In this document: in pieces, positions 37,127 through 45,280 of the stretch
How the letters are laid out: every line of letters begins with the position of its first letter
Position numbering within the stretch: position 1 is the stretch's first letter
Virus record (IMG/VR): IMGVR_UViG_3300045912_000306
Span: 1-56,296 of that record
DNA from: a virus
Taxonomy: Duplodnaviria > Caudoviricetes
Reading direction: 5' to 3' (one strand)
DNA length: 56,296 nt
Notes under the pieces: model-generated
What the model was told of the DNA's origin: nothing
What the model saw: the letters and a program-made list of their open reading frames with translations, nothing else
The model's database searches: none
Translations under genes and position numbers: made by a program

Positions 37127-37849
37127 TCATAACATTGGTTCTTGAATTGTGTCTATTCTTTTTTGGGCTATCTTTATGTAATCGGAATTAATTTCTATAC
37201 CAATATAATTTCTATTAAGCAATTTGCAAGCAACTGCAGTTGTTCCACTACCAAGATATGGATCAAGCACAATTCCACCTTCCTTACAATGCCTTTCAAT
37301 AATTTTTTTTGTAATTGAAAGTGGTTTTTGGGTTGGATGATCTGTTCTTTCCTTTCCGCCAACAATGGGAGCGTAAAAAACATTTGTCATTTCTTTTTGC
37401 CCTTTAAAAATAAAATTTGAATTGTTTTTTGTATTCTTTTTCTTCAATGCCCAAAACAACAACTCCGTTGCTTGCCTATATCCAACCAATCTAAATTGAG
37501 GAAGCGGATTTGTTTTTACCCATATTAAAAGTTGTTTGGGATACATATTTTTTTCAAACCAATCACGATATTTTCCATACAGCTGTTCTGAAGTCCAAAC
37601 AATAATGCTTCCATTATCGTTTAAAACTCGTTTCGCTTCTTCTAAGAAAGGCTCTATTTGAAAATTATAATCCCATTCCCCAAAATCAAAATTGATATCT
37701 GCCCTCTTTCCGCTTCTATAATCACGAAAAATTTTGTTTTTTTGACTGATATTATATGGCGGATCAGTAAAAACTAAATCGACGCTTCCGTCAGGAATTT
37801 TTTTCATAACTTCTAAAGCATCTCCTTGATAGATTTTATTTAGTTCCAT
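37127..37849 (-). CDS. N6-adenine/N4-cytosine DNA methyltransferase (beta class)
   Basis: DPPY, HPTQKP and DPYLGSGTT motifs. Confidence 0.92.
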   Translation of the reverse strand: MELNKIYQGDALEVMKKIPDGSVDLVFTDPPYNISQKNKIFRDYRSGKRADINFDFGEWDYNFQIEPFLEEAKRVLNDNGSIIVWTSEQLYGKYRDWFEKNMYPKQLLIWVKTNPLPQFRLVGYRQATELLFWALKKKNTKNNSNFIFKGQKEMTNVFYAPIVGGKERTDHPTQKPLSITKKIIERHCKEGGIVLDPYLGSGTTAVACKLLNRNYIGIEINSDYIKIAQKRIDTIQEPML

Positions 37850-38897
37850 AGTTAAAAAGATATTTTAATATATGAGCAACCACTTCAACATTGAAAGCGT
37901 TTCCTAGCATTTTGTATCTCTGTGTATTGCTTACACCTTCTGTAAAATTGTCTGGGAGTGATTGAAGTCTTTCACATTCTATGGGAGTTAGTTTTCTAAC
38001 TACATAGTCATTCATCACCATTGAGTCGGTTTGGACAGTTGTTAGTGCGTTTGCCTTATATCCGCCAATTTCTGGCTTCTTGCCTTCTCCACGATTGCGT
38101 AGTGCTACCGCATACAGACCAGTCTTTGCACCCCTACCGCCACCAAGAGCAGACAATGTGACTGACTTTCCTTCTGGTGAATAAACCCTATCTCCTTGAC
38201 AAAAGTTTCTTGAATAATTTTTTCCGTCTTTAGCCCAATCCTTATTCCTAATCCCACCAATAAAATTAAGTTCTTTTTTAATGTTAGATTGAGAGCCAAT
38301 TAAAACAACATTTTGCACAAAATACTTTTCCTCTACCTCTTCCTCTAAAATATCCCTTAAAAAAATCCCTCTATCTTCTGGCTGTGGTATTTCAACTTGG
38401 ACATATTTATCTCCAACTCTTGACCCCGCCCAAAACAGCCTTTTCCTATTCTGGGCTGATACAAGTGCCGCATTTATCATTACTGGTTCTACACCTAAGG
38501 TTTGCGAGATTATTTCTTTGTCTTTCTTTGGCATACTTGCCACGTTTTCTAATACAAAGAATTTGGGTTTTACCTCTTTTAAGATACGAACATATTCCCA
38601 AAACAAGGCACTTCTTTCTCCCTCTAATCCTTTGCGGTCTTTTTTTGCTATAGACAAGTCTTGGCAAGGTGAACCACCACAAATCAAATCAATCTTTGGA
38701 AAATTTGAACCCCTAAGTTGTTTAATATCTCCCACTTGGATTGTGTCTGGATAATTCTTTTGAGCTATCTGAATGGCGTATTTATCTATTTCGCTTGCGT
38801 AGTAGTTTTTAATTGGAACTCCCACCCTATCAAGTGCAACCCTCGCAGAAGAGATGCCATCAAATAAAGATAAAACATTGATTTTATTTATTTCCAT
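37836..38897 (-). CDS. C5-cytosine DNA methyltransferase; start reassigned to MEINK
   Basis: LSLFDG, GGSPCQDLS, ENV, QNRKR, RLQSLP and GNA motifs. Confidence 0.92.
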   Translation of the reverse strand: MEINKINVLSLFDGISSARVALDRVGVPIKNYYASEIDKYAIQIAQKNYPDTIQVGDIKQLRGSNFPKIDLICGGSPCQDLSIAKKDRKGLEGERSALFWEYVRILKEVKPKFFVLENVASMPKKDKEIISQTLGVEPVMINAALVSAQNRKRLFWAGSRVGDKYVQVEIPQPEDRGIFLRDILEEEVEEKYFVQNVVLIGSQSNIKKELNFIGGIRNKDWAKDGKNYSRNFCQGDRVYSPEGKSVTLSALGGGRGAKTGLYAVALRNRGEGKKPEIGGYKANALTTVQTDSMVMNDYVVRKLTPIECERLQSLPDNFTEGVSNTQRYKMLGNAFNVEVVAHILKYLFNYGTK

Positions 38898-39261
38898 TTT
38901 TCTTAACATAATCTTCAACCTCTTTAACAATAATGCCCACAAAGTGAGCAAACAACTCGTCTCTGTTGTCGTCATCAATGTATGTAAAGATTTTATCAAC
39001 TGCGTGGACAGCCTCGTGAGCAAGAATAGACCAAAAATTTTTATTCTTCATCAAGACTATCACAGGATCGTCGCCTTTTATCCCATAAGTAACCCCTTTG
39101 ATATATTCCCAGTTATAATCAGAGATTGAGTCGTCATCAAAGTATTTTCTCAACCACTTTAGTTTCTTTTTCTGGTCTCCCCAAATAACATACACTGAGT
39201 ATTCGTTGTATAGAATTGGGATTTTTACAATATTTAATTTTTTATTCGTCAACTTTTTCAT
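38884..39261 (-). CDS. HExxH metallopeptidase-like protein
   Basis: LAHEAVH..ELFAH. Confidence 0.6.
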   Translation of the reverse strand: MKKLTNKKLNIVKIPILYNEYSVYVIWGDQKKKLKWLRKYFDDDSISDYNWEYIKGVTYGIKGDDPVIVLMKNKNFWSILAHEAVHAVDKIFTYIDDDNRDELFAHFVGIIVKEVEDYVKKNGNK

Positions 39262-39487
39262 AAGTCATTTCAAAAATGTCGGGTTTGACTGGATAAAACT
39301 CTCCCTTTACCCCTTTAACAATCCAATCTCCCTTTCTAGCATAATGATTACCTTCTAATGTTTTGATTACCAAACAATTATTTTTTGTTTCAATGTGCAT
39401 TTTTCCCATAAAATTACATATTTCCAACAGATTTTCTCCCGTCCATTGTATTGCTTCTATTTCTACTGGTTTTTTTCTAAATCTCAT
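39242..39487 (-). CDS. PGDYG-like phage protein
   Basis: KKPVEIEAIQW, TLEG, GDWIVKG and FYPVKPDIF motifs. Confidence 0.8.
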   Translation of the reverse strand: MRFRKKPVEIEAIQWTGENLLEICNFMGKMHIETKNNCLVIKTLEGNHYARKGDWIVKGVKGEFYPVKPDIFEMTYEKVDE

Positions 39488-39493
39488 AATTAT

Positions 39494-39709
39494 TTATTTC
39501 CACATTTCAATCCAACCCGCTTCCATAATTAATCTTCCAATTTCTCTTACTACTTCGGGCTTTGAGTTCTTGAAAAGGAACCTATCGTGTCCATCTTTAG
39601 TTAACAAAGTAATTCCTTTCTCGCTTACTTTGGCGATGATTTTTAGTTTTTGATTTGAAATTTCGTATTGGGTATAAAGTTTTTTGATTTTCATTAATGA
39701 TTTTTTCAT
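39494..39709 (-). CDS. Hypothetical protein
   Basis: ATGA overlap. Confidence 0.55.
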   Translation of the reverse strand: MKKSLMKIKKLYTQYEISNQKLKIIAKVSEKGITLLTKDGHDRFLFKNSKPEVVREIGRLIMEAGWIEMWK

Positions 39710-39981
39710 AAGATTTTAGCAATTTCATTAACCAACTCAATGAACTTTTTCAATGTAATTTTCTCAATTATCTTTTTATTCATTAACTTTTGGACAATTT
39801 TGAATGCTTGCTCAATCTTACTGTCTTCTTTTACCCAATAAGTGTAATAAGTTGTTGGGTACCAACGCTCAACATACGGATAACACCAATTCCAGCCCGA
39901 ATAAGTTGTTGAGTCCAACTTATAATCAGTTAAAAATTTACCATTACTATATGATAAAGTTGTATTTTCGTTAAGTTCCAT
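39706..39981 (-). CDS. Hypothetical protein
   Basis: AAGGAGGTG SD before MELNE. Confidence 0.6.
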   Translation of the reverse strand: MELNENTTLSYSNGKFLTDYKLDSTTYSGWNWCYPYVERWYPTTYYTYWVKEDSKIEQAFKIVQKLMNKKIIEKITLKKFIELVNEIAKIL

Positions 39982-40015
39982 TATTATCACCTCCTTTGTT
40001 TTTTAACTTTCTCCA

Positions 40016-40180
40016 TTAAGGCGTTCTGGGGCAGAGCTGTATCGAGAGCAGTTGCGTCCATCTTACTCGATATGACCGCTTGGCGTTAGCCAAGCTTTCA
40101 GATGCCCCAATTTTAATGTCGTTGGTCACGCCACCGAACCAACCAAGAGAGGCTACCGCAACCTACCTCTCACGCCTCAA
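40016..40180 (-). ncRNA. Candidate structured RNA with kissing-loop pseudoknot
   Basis: GC-rich intergenic island with six nested stems and complementary loops GUUGCG/CGCAAC. Confidence 0.6.
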
Positions 40181-40228
40181 TCTGCAAGAACTTACAAACT
40201 GAAGCGTAGGGTGTAGATTTTTTGATTT

Positions 40229-40420
40229 TCATAAATTCCTTAATACCTTATCTGCAATTTCAAATGCATCTTTCATATTTTTGTATCTAATACAGCCCAT
40301 ACACTTTCCACACAACAATTTTCCAAAATCACAAAAGTTTTCTTGCCTAACAACACGGCGGACATCTTTAATCGCAACTGCCAAACAAATAATTTCTTTA
40401 TCAGTTAATTTCATTTTCAT
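40229..40420 (-). CDS. Cys-cluster mini-protein, paralog A
   Basis: C-x6-C-x2-C-x2-C motif. Confidence 0.6.
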   Translation of the reverse strand: MKMKLTDKEIICLAVAIKDVRRVVRQENFCDFGKLLCGKCMGCIRYKNMKDAFEIADKVLRNL

Positions 40421-40429
40421 CTTTTTTTA

Positions 40430-40648
40430 TTATATTCCAAAAAGTTTTTTCATTCTTTTGGGTAATAACTTTTTGGTGATTTTATATGCTTTTTTCAAAT
40501 TTTTATATTTAAGACAACCCTCGCATTTTCCACATCTTTCCATTCCCTTTTCACAAAAATCTTCTTGGTCAATGTAAAGGTAAATATCCACTATAGCCAA
40601 CAATGGGTAAATTATTTCTGTATCTAGTATTGTTTTTTTTGTTTTCAT
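40430..40648 (-). CDS. Cys-cluster mini-protein, paralog B
   Basis: Same motif and flanks as paralog A. Confidence 0.6.
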   Translation of the reverse strand: MKTKKTILDTEIIYPLLAIVDIYLYIDQEDFCEKGMERCGKCEGCLKYKNLKKAYKITKKLLPKRMKKLFGI

Positions 40649-40830
40649 TTTTGATTAAGTTTGTCTATAATTTCATTTATTTTTCGTCTTAACATTTCTA
40701 GTTTTTCAGAATCTCTCCAAGCATCTCTAAATAAACCACCTTCTTCAACCGTGAGCCAAACAGGAGTAGTCCAACCTGTTGCGTTGGTTGATTTGTTTAT
40801 TTTTTCTATTTTTCTATTTTTTGTTTTCAT
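40645..40830 (-). CDS. Hypothetical protein (MKTKNRKIEKI start)
   Basis: ATGA-coupled. Confidence 0.55.
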   Translation of the reverse strand: MKTKNRKIEKINKSTNATGWTTPVWLTVEEGGLFRDAWRDSEKLEMLRRKINEIIDKLNQK

Positions 40831-40988
40831 TTTTGATTAAGCCCTTCAGATAAAGTTACACCAAAAATTTTCATCATTTGCAAGGCTGTAAATCTTCCTC
40901 CAATTTTAATTATTACCTTTGCCAAAATAAAAAGCAAATATATAAGTGGAAATGCCAATATGTCTCTAAATTCTATTTTTGTTTTCAT
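40827..40988 (-). CDS. Small membrane protein (MKTKIEFRD...), not in ORF track
   Basis: 53-aa ORF, ATGA-coupled to the next gene. Confidence 0.5.
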   Translation of the reverse strand: MKTKIEFRDILAFPLIYLLFILAKVIIKIGGRFTALQMMKIFGVTLSEGLNQK

Positions 40989-41090
40989 TTTTCTTTTAAT
41001 ATAAACAAACTATATGGTTTTGTTTCTTTTTGTGGCTGACTCAGGGTTGAGGCTTCACGCTCTCTCGCTCTCCGACAGCCACTTCAAAAA

Positions 41091-41375
41091 CTAAAAATAA
41101 TTCCTTTCCGAAACTGCTTCTAATTGCCCAAGACAAACATCAGAGTCAAGCTCGGTAACAATTTTTCCACCTTTCAAGTGATGATGTTTTTCAAGTTTCC
41201 TCACCTTTTCGTTCAACTCAAACAGCCTGTTGTTAATCCAAGATAATTCTTTTTTTACAAAATTTCTAGTCCTTTCTATTTTCTGGCTATCAGTGAGTTC
41301 ATCCCACTCTTTTCTCTCTATTTCAAACTCATATTCCATTTTTTCTCGTTCTTTTTTACTCATCTTTTTTTCCAT
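41091..41375 (-). CDS. Coiled-coil hypothetical protein
   Basis: GGGGGTG SD before MEKKM. Confidence 0.55.
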   Translation of the reverse strand: MEKKMSKKEREKMEYEFEIERKEWDELTDSQKIERTRNFVKKELSWINNRLFELNEKVRKLEKHHHLKGGKIVTELDSDVCLGQLEAVSERNYF

Positions 41376-41376
41376 T

Positions 41377-41586
41377 TTAATCACCCCCTTTTTCAGATTG
41401 TAAATTTTCAGACAAAAATTTAATAATTGCAAAAATCATATAAGAGTTAAATTCATCTTTTAATTTCATTGTCGCAGCCCACTCTAAACTCATATAATCA
41501 GTCATATTTCTTTCTTCTTTAATTTCATCTTTAGCTAATTCTTTTGCCATTTTAATAATTTCTTCTTTTAATTCTTTGTATGTCAT
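41377..41586 (-). CDS. Hypothetical protein
   Basis: Packed ORF. Confidence 0.55.
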   Translation of the reverse strand: MTYKELKEEIIKMAKELAKDEIKEERNMTDYMSLEWAATMKLKDEFNSYMIFAIIKFLSENLQSEKGGD

Positions 41587-41756
41587 AGTTATTTTCTATA
41601 CTTTAACAATTTTCTTACAAAATTGATTACTTTTCGTGCCTTGTATTTTTGTGGCACATTTTCAATGATTTGTGTAATTCTTTGCTCCCAACCAACCGAC
41701 CCATTTTCTTCGGTAAAAATGCCAAAACCAAATTATTTTGTTTTTAGTTTTATTTT

Positions 41757-42098
41757 TCATTTTTGTATATCCAATCCCAGTCCGTCTATTTTTTCAATTT
41801 TATTTACGTAACCTGAGACTTCTTTGTAAAGATTTTCCAGTACCATATTTTGCAAACATATTTGTTGGTGTATTGATTGTAACCTTATAAAATTTTCTGC
41901 CTGATCTGATTGCAAAATCGTTTTTGCAAACTCTTTTTCTTGATTTTCAAGAGATTTTATTTTTTCTTTTACAAGAGAAATATTTTTTATACAACTTTTT
42001 ACAAAATATTCCTCATAATCCCGCTGTTCATTACTGGTAGGTAAAAACCAAAACATATCTCTTATTATTTTTTCTATTTTTCTATTTTTTGTTTTCAT
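41757..42098 (-). CDS. Hypothetical protein (MKTKNRKIEKI start)
   Basis: Packed ORF. Confidence 0.55.
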   Translation of the reverse strand: MKTKNRKIEKIIRDMFWFLPTSNEQRDYEEYFVKSCIKNISLVKEKIKSLENQEKEFAKTILQSDQAENFIRLQSIHQQICLQNMVLENLYKEVSGYVNKIEKIDGLGLDIQK

Positions 42099-42119
42099 CT
42101 TTCTTTCAATGTAAACAAA

Positions 42120-42512
42120 CTATATGGTTTTGTTTCTTTGTCCGTCAATCGGTATCAAAATTACCTTATATTTTTTAATATGGACTTTTAGTTTTTTAAC
42201 ATCAGTTCCAGAAAAGACAGCGTCTTCTAATTCTTTTTTGTTTTTCCAAATTTCAACAATTATCTCTTCGTCATCTGATTTGCCATTTTTGTACCTGTCT
42301 AAATCTTCTTCTACGATGTATCCATCTATTTCTTTTTGGGTTTGTTGGTTTTTCATTACTTCTTCCAAAGTTTCTTGGTGGGTTTTATCCATAACATAAA
42401 ATACAAAAGACTTTATATCCGCAAGCGTTGCCTTCCTCATATCAAGTACTCCTGGTTCACGCCCTCCCTCCCATATTACTAGAGTTTCTTTATGCAACCC
42501 AATAGGTTTCAT
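42120..42512 (-). CDS. Hypothetical protein; start reassigned to MKPIG
   Basis: AAGGAG SD; the GTG extension lies in a structured RNA. Confidence 0.6.
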   Translation of the reverse strand: MKPIGLHKETLVIWEGGREPGVLDMRKATLADIKSFVFYVMDKTHQETLEEVMKNQQTQKEIDGYIVEEDLDRYKNGKSDDEEIIVEIWKNKKELEDAVFSGTDVKKLKVHIKKYKVILIPIDGQRNKTI

Positions 42513-42526
42513 TTTTTCAATCTCCT

Positions 42527-42643
42527 TGAAAACTTTGCGAGGCGTGCAGAGTAAATCCTCTGCTGTCGGCTTGGTTGCTTTCGCAATTGCCGTCTCGGAT
42601 GTTTCCACCCCAACATTTCTGTTGCCGCCTCACGAAATTTTCA
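42527..42643 (-). ncRNA. Candidate five-way-junction RNA with three GAAA tetraloops
   Basis: Closing stem with 17 of 18 positions paired, plus four internal hairpins. Confidence 0.7.
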
Positions 42644-43291
42644 AAGTCCTCTAAAATCCTTTACTTTTATTTTTGTTATAATTCTACACCCACCTCTATC
42701 TTTCAACTCACAAGTCGGTCTCAAAACTAACCCCTCCGCCTCCGCTGTCCCAAAAGCAGACTTAAAACCTTTCTTGACAATTTTTATGGCTTCTTCAATA
42801 GTCCCATAACCAACAACTGGACAAACCTTTATTCCCAGTTTGTTTCCAATGTCATAAACATTCTTTCTTTCAAGCCACCAATCACCAATTTTTACATCAA
42901 AAAGCACAAAATCAACATCATTCATTAGATAGTCTGTTCCAATCTTTCCTTGTATCTTAAAACCAAAGCCTTCACCATATAAAATAACATTTGTTTTTTC
43001 ATCTTTCTTATTAAAGATTTCTTTGAAAATTGTTTTTTGGGGTAAAAATATATCTTCAAGTTTCTTTGCCAAATGTGTAGGAATCTGAGCGTTGTCTGTC
43101 TTTCCGCCAAAAGATATATCATTTCCGTCAAACATTACTCTGATATTTGTTCCGTCTATCTTTTCTGTAAATTCCCATTGGTTATTTTGTAGATATTCAA
43201 ATGCAGGCTCAGACCACTCTCCAACAATGAATGGTGCACCTGGCTTACTCATATCTCTTTTGTAAATTGAATTTATTTTGTGATATTCCAT
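42641..43291 (-). CDS. ATP-dependent RNA ligase (Rnl2-like nucleotidyltransferase domain only)
   Basis: Motif I EKIDGTN, LYGEGFG, FVLFDV, EGLVLR and KIK. Confidence 0.85.
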   Translation of the reverse strand: MEYHKINSIYKRDMSKPGAPFIVGEWSEPAFEYLQNNQWEFTEKIDGTNIRVMFDGNDISFGGKTDNAQIPTHLAKKLEDIFLPQKTIFKEIFNKKDEKTNVILYGEGFGFKIQGKIGTDYLMNDVDFVLFDVKIGDWWLERKNVYDIGNKLGIKVCPVVGYGTIEEAIKIVKKGFKSAFGTAEAEGLVLRPTCELKDRGGCRIITKIKVKDFRGL

Positions 43292-43303
43292 ATTTTTGTC
43301 TCC

Positions 43304-43380
43304 TCAAGAGGCGGTTCGGAAGTCCTGCCTACAACCGAACGCCCCCACAACGGTTCAGATTTCTCCAAGCCGCCTCTTGA
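43304..43380 (-). ncRNA. Candidate rod-like RNA upstream of the RNA ligase gene
   Basis: Perfect 11-bp IR TCAAGAGGCGG/CCGCCTCTTGA with continued inner pairing. Confidence 0.6.
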
Positions 43381-43388
43381 AAAGACTT

Positions 43389-43697
43389 TTAGTTTTCATT
43401 TTCTTTTAACAAATTATTATATTTTTTGTTGGCAATTTTTAGAGCCTTTTCTAATGCCTCTCCTGTTCCAAATGAAAAACCAGGTAATATTTGCATCCCA
43501 AGTATACCGTCTATGTTTGTGCAAGTTTTTTCACCGATTAAGTTTTGGTTCAAATCATAGATTGCAACATCATAACCATTCAGACAACTTTCAAGACATA
43601 CCTCATATTTGTCATCTTTATAACTAAAGTAGTGACCAAAACTACCTAGTGGAACAATTCTTTTAAACATTCCCAAAGTTAATTTTTTAGTTTTCAT
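43389..43697 (-). CDS. Hypothetical protein
   Basis: ATGA-coupled with AAGGAG SD. Confidence 0.6.
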   Translation of the reverse strand: MKTKKLTLGMFKRIVPLGSFGHYFSYKDDKYEVCLESCLNGYDVAIYDLNQNLIGEKTCTNIDGILGMQILPGFSFGTGEALEKALKIANKKYNNLLKENEN

Positions 43698-44020
43698 TTT
43701 TTCTCCTTTCTAAATTTAAGTCTTTTATTAATTTCTTTTGCTGTATAGACACGCACCTCACCACAATCCCTGCAAACAACAAACACCTTGTAATGTTCCT
43801 TCCCATCAAAGAAAACGTCAACATGTTCAATTTCAAAAAAGTGTTTATGAGATATCTCTTTTTTGTCAACTTTCTTGTTTTCTTTTAGTAACGATTTTTT
43901 CTTTCGCACATATTCAATCTCAACAGAGTGTCCACTTATCAAATCAGACAAAATGTTCTTGCACAAAATCACAACTCCCCCAAATCTGTTTTTCCCTTTG
44001 TATATCGTTTCAGTTTTCAT
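43694..44020 (-). CDS. Hypothetical protein
   Basis: Overlapping coupled ORF; HxH..CxxC. Confidence 0.55.
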   Translation of the reverse strand: MKTETIYKGKNRFGGVVILCKNILSDLISGHSVEIEYVRKKKSLLKENKKVDKKEISHKHFFEIEHVDVFFDGKEHYKVFVVCRDCGEVRVYTAKEINKRLKFRKEKK

Positions 44021-44366
44021 AATATTCCCCCTCCCTTTTTCTTCTTTCTATTACTTGACTCACCAAAGACGCATGGCTTAAGAGGTTTTGGTAGGCAGTA
44101 TCCTCGCCAATATAACAGCCAATTATAAAGACCACAAAAGCAGTCTCTCTAAAGTTGTGGGCAACCTCCTTCTTCGTAACCTCCTTTAATAATTCAGCGG
44201 GTTTCCATGTCGATTTCTTCTGAATCCTTTTAATAATTTTGTCCAGTTGTTCCAATATTATATCTCCTCTTTTTAGTTTTATTCCAAAACACTCATGGAA
44301 TGTTTCCTTTTCAAAACTAACTATTAAATCTTTAAGTGTAATTTTCTTTTCTTTAATTTTCACCAT
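44010..44366 (-). CDS. Hypothetical protein
   Basis: AGGAGG SD. Confidence 0.6.
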   Translation of the reverse strand: MVKIKEKKITLKDLIVSFEKETFHECFGIKLKRGDIILEQLDKIIKRIQKKSTWKPAELLKEVTKKEVAHNFRETAFVVFIIGCYIGEDTAYQNLLSHASLVSQVIERRKREGEYYEN

Positions 44367-44368
44367 AA

Positions 44369-44737
44369 TTATTTCCTCCTTTCAAATTCCTTTGCTTTGT
44401 TTTTCCAATCTTCCAATTCCTTTAACACATCTAAAAACGTTTCAAATTTCATACTAACCATTATCGGTCTAAAGTTTGCCGAATGAACTAATATTGGCGG
44501 TCTCATTGGTTTAGAGTTTGCTTCTGCTTGTTCCCACCATTCCCAAAAGTTCATTCTTTCTTGGCACTTGGATTCTATGGAAAAAGGAATCTTTGTGTAG
44601 ATATCCGATTTCCAACTCCAGTGTGCACCACTTTGGAAAGAACGCTTAGCTTTTTTATCGAGACCACTTGCTCTAATAAGTTCAGCTATCTTTCTTTCTA
44701 GTCTTGCTCCTTTTTGTCTTTTACCTGCCGCTTTCAT
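44369..44737 (-). CDS. PD-(D/E)XK Holliday junction resolvase-like nuclease
   Basis: KGARLERKIA, SGA, SDI, IESK and WWEQA motifs. Confidence 0.8.
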   Translation of the reverse strand: MKAAGKRQKGARLERKIAELIRASGLDKKAKRSFQSGAHWSWKSDIYTKIPFSIESKCQERMNFWEWWEQAEANSKPMRPPILVHSANFRPIMVSMKFETFLDVLKELEDWKNKAKEFERRK

Positions 44738-45230
44738 TTTTAACTATTAGGCTATTAAACCTACTATTACAAACTGGAAATTCGTTTTGTCTTCCTTTGT
44801 CGTACATACAAGTTTTTGTAATCATTATTTGTTCCTTTAAATTCCAAATATCAGTCCCCCCACACCTTTTATAGGTAATTGGTGAGTACTGAAATAGTCC
44901 GTAATAGCCGGCAGGATTAAAAGCATTAGGATTGCAAGAAGACTCGCAAACAACAATAAATTTAGCCCACGCAAGAGATTTCTCATCAGTAAATACTTTT
45001 TATATCTCGTCAAATACAAATTCGCAAGCTGGAGCATTAACATTCTTTTTTGTATTTGGTTTATGTGCCACAGCTCTAGGAGAAGGACTCTCTTGAGGTA
45101 TTCCCGCTCCGACAGATACTCCTTCTTCTCTAACAAATTCCTCTTTTTTTTGTTGATTGCTGGGATTTTCATATATTATTATTGAAATTAGAATTAAAAA
45201 TAATATTACTTTAATTAGCTTACCACTCAT
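44721..45230 (-). pseudogene. Membrane-anchored lytic transglycosylase (SLT/Rpf-like) interrupted by in-frame TAA at 45000-45002
   Basis: The frame continues past the stop as KVFTDEK..CESSCNPNAFNPAGYYGLFQY..EQI to TAA at 44721. Confidence 0.8.
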
Positions 45231-45280
45231 CTGAATATAGAATATCAGATATTTACAATTTGTCAAGAGGCAATTTTATC

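Noticed and set aside
38898-39023. N-terminal extension of the C5 methyltransferase
   Set aside because: It overlaps the upstream HExxH gene, and motif I begins right after MEINK.
40016-40180. Retron msr-msd or hammerhead ribozyme
   Set aside because: No reverse transcriptase in the genome and no CUGANGA/GAAA core in the right arrangement.
45000-45002. Genome-wide stop-codon reassignment
   Set aside because: TAA, TAG and TGA all end well-defined genes and long ORFs are intact under code 11.
44837-45172. 111-aa ORF in the track
   Set aside because: Shadow frame of the interrupted transglycosylase gene.
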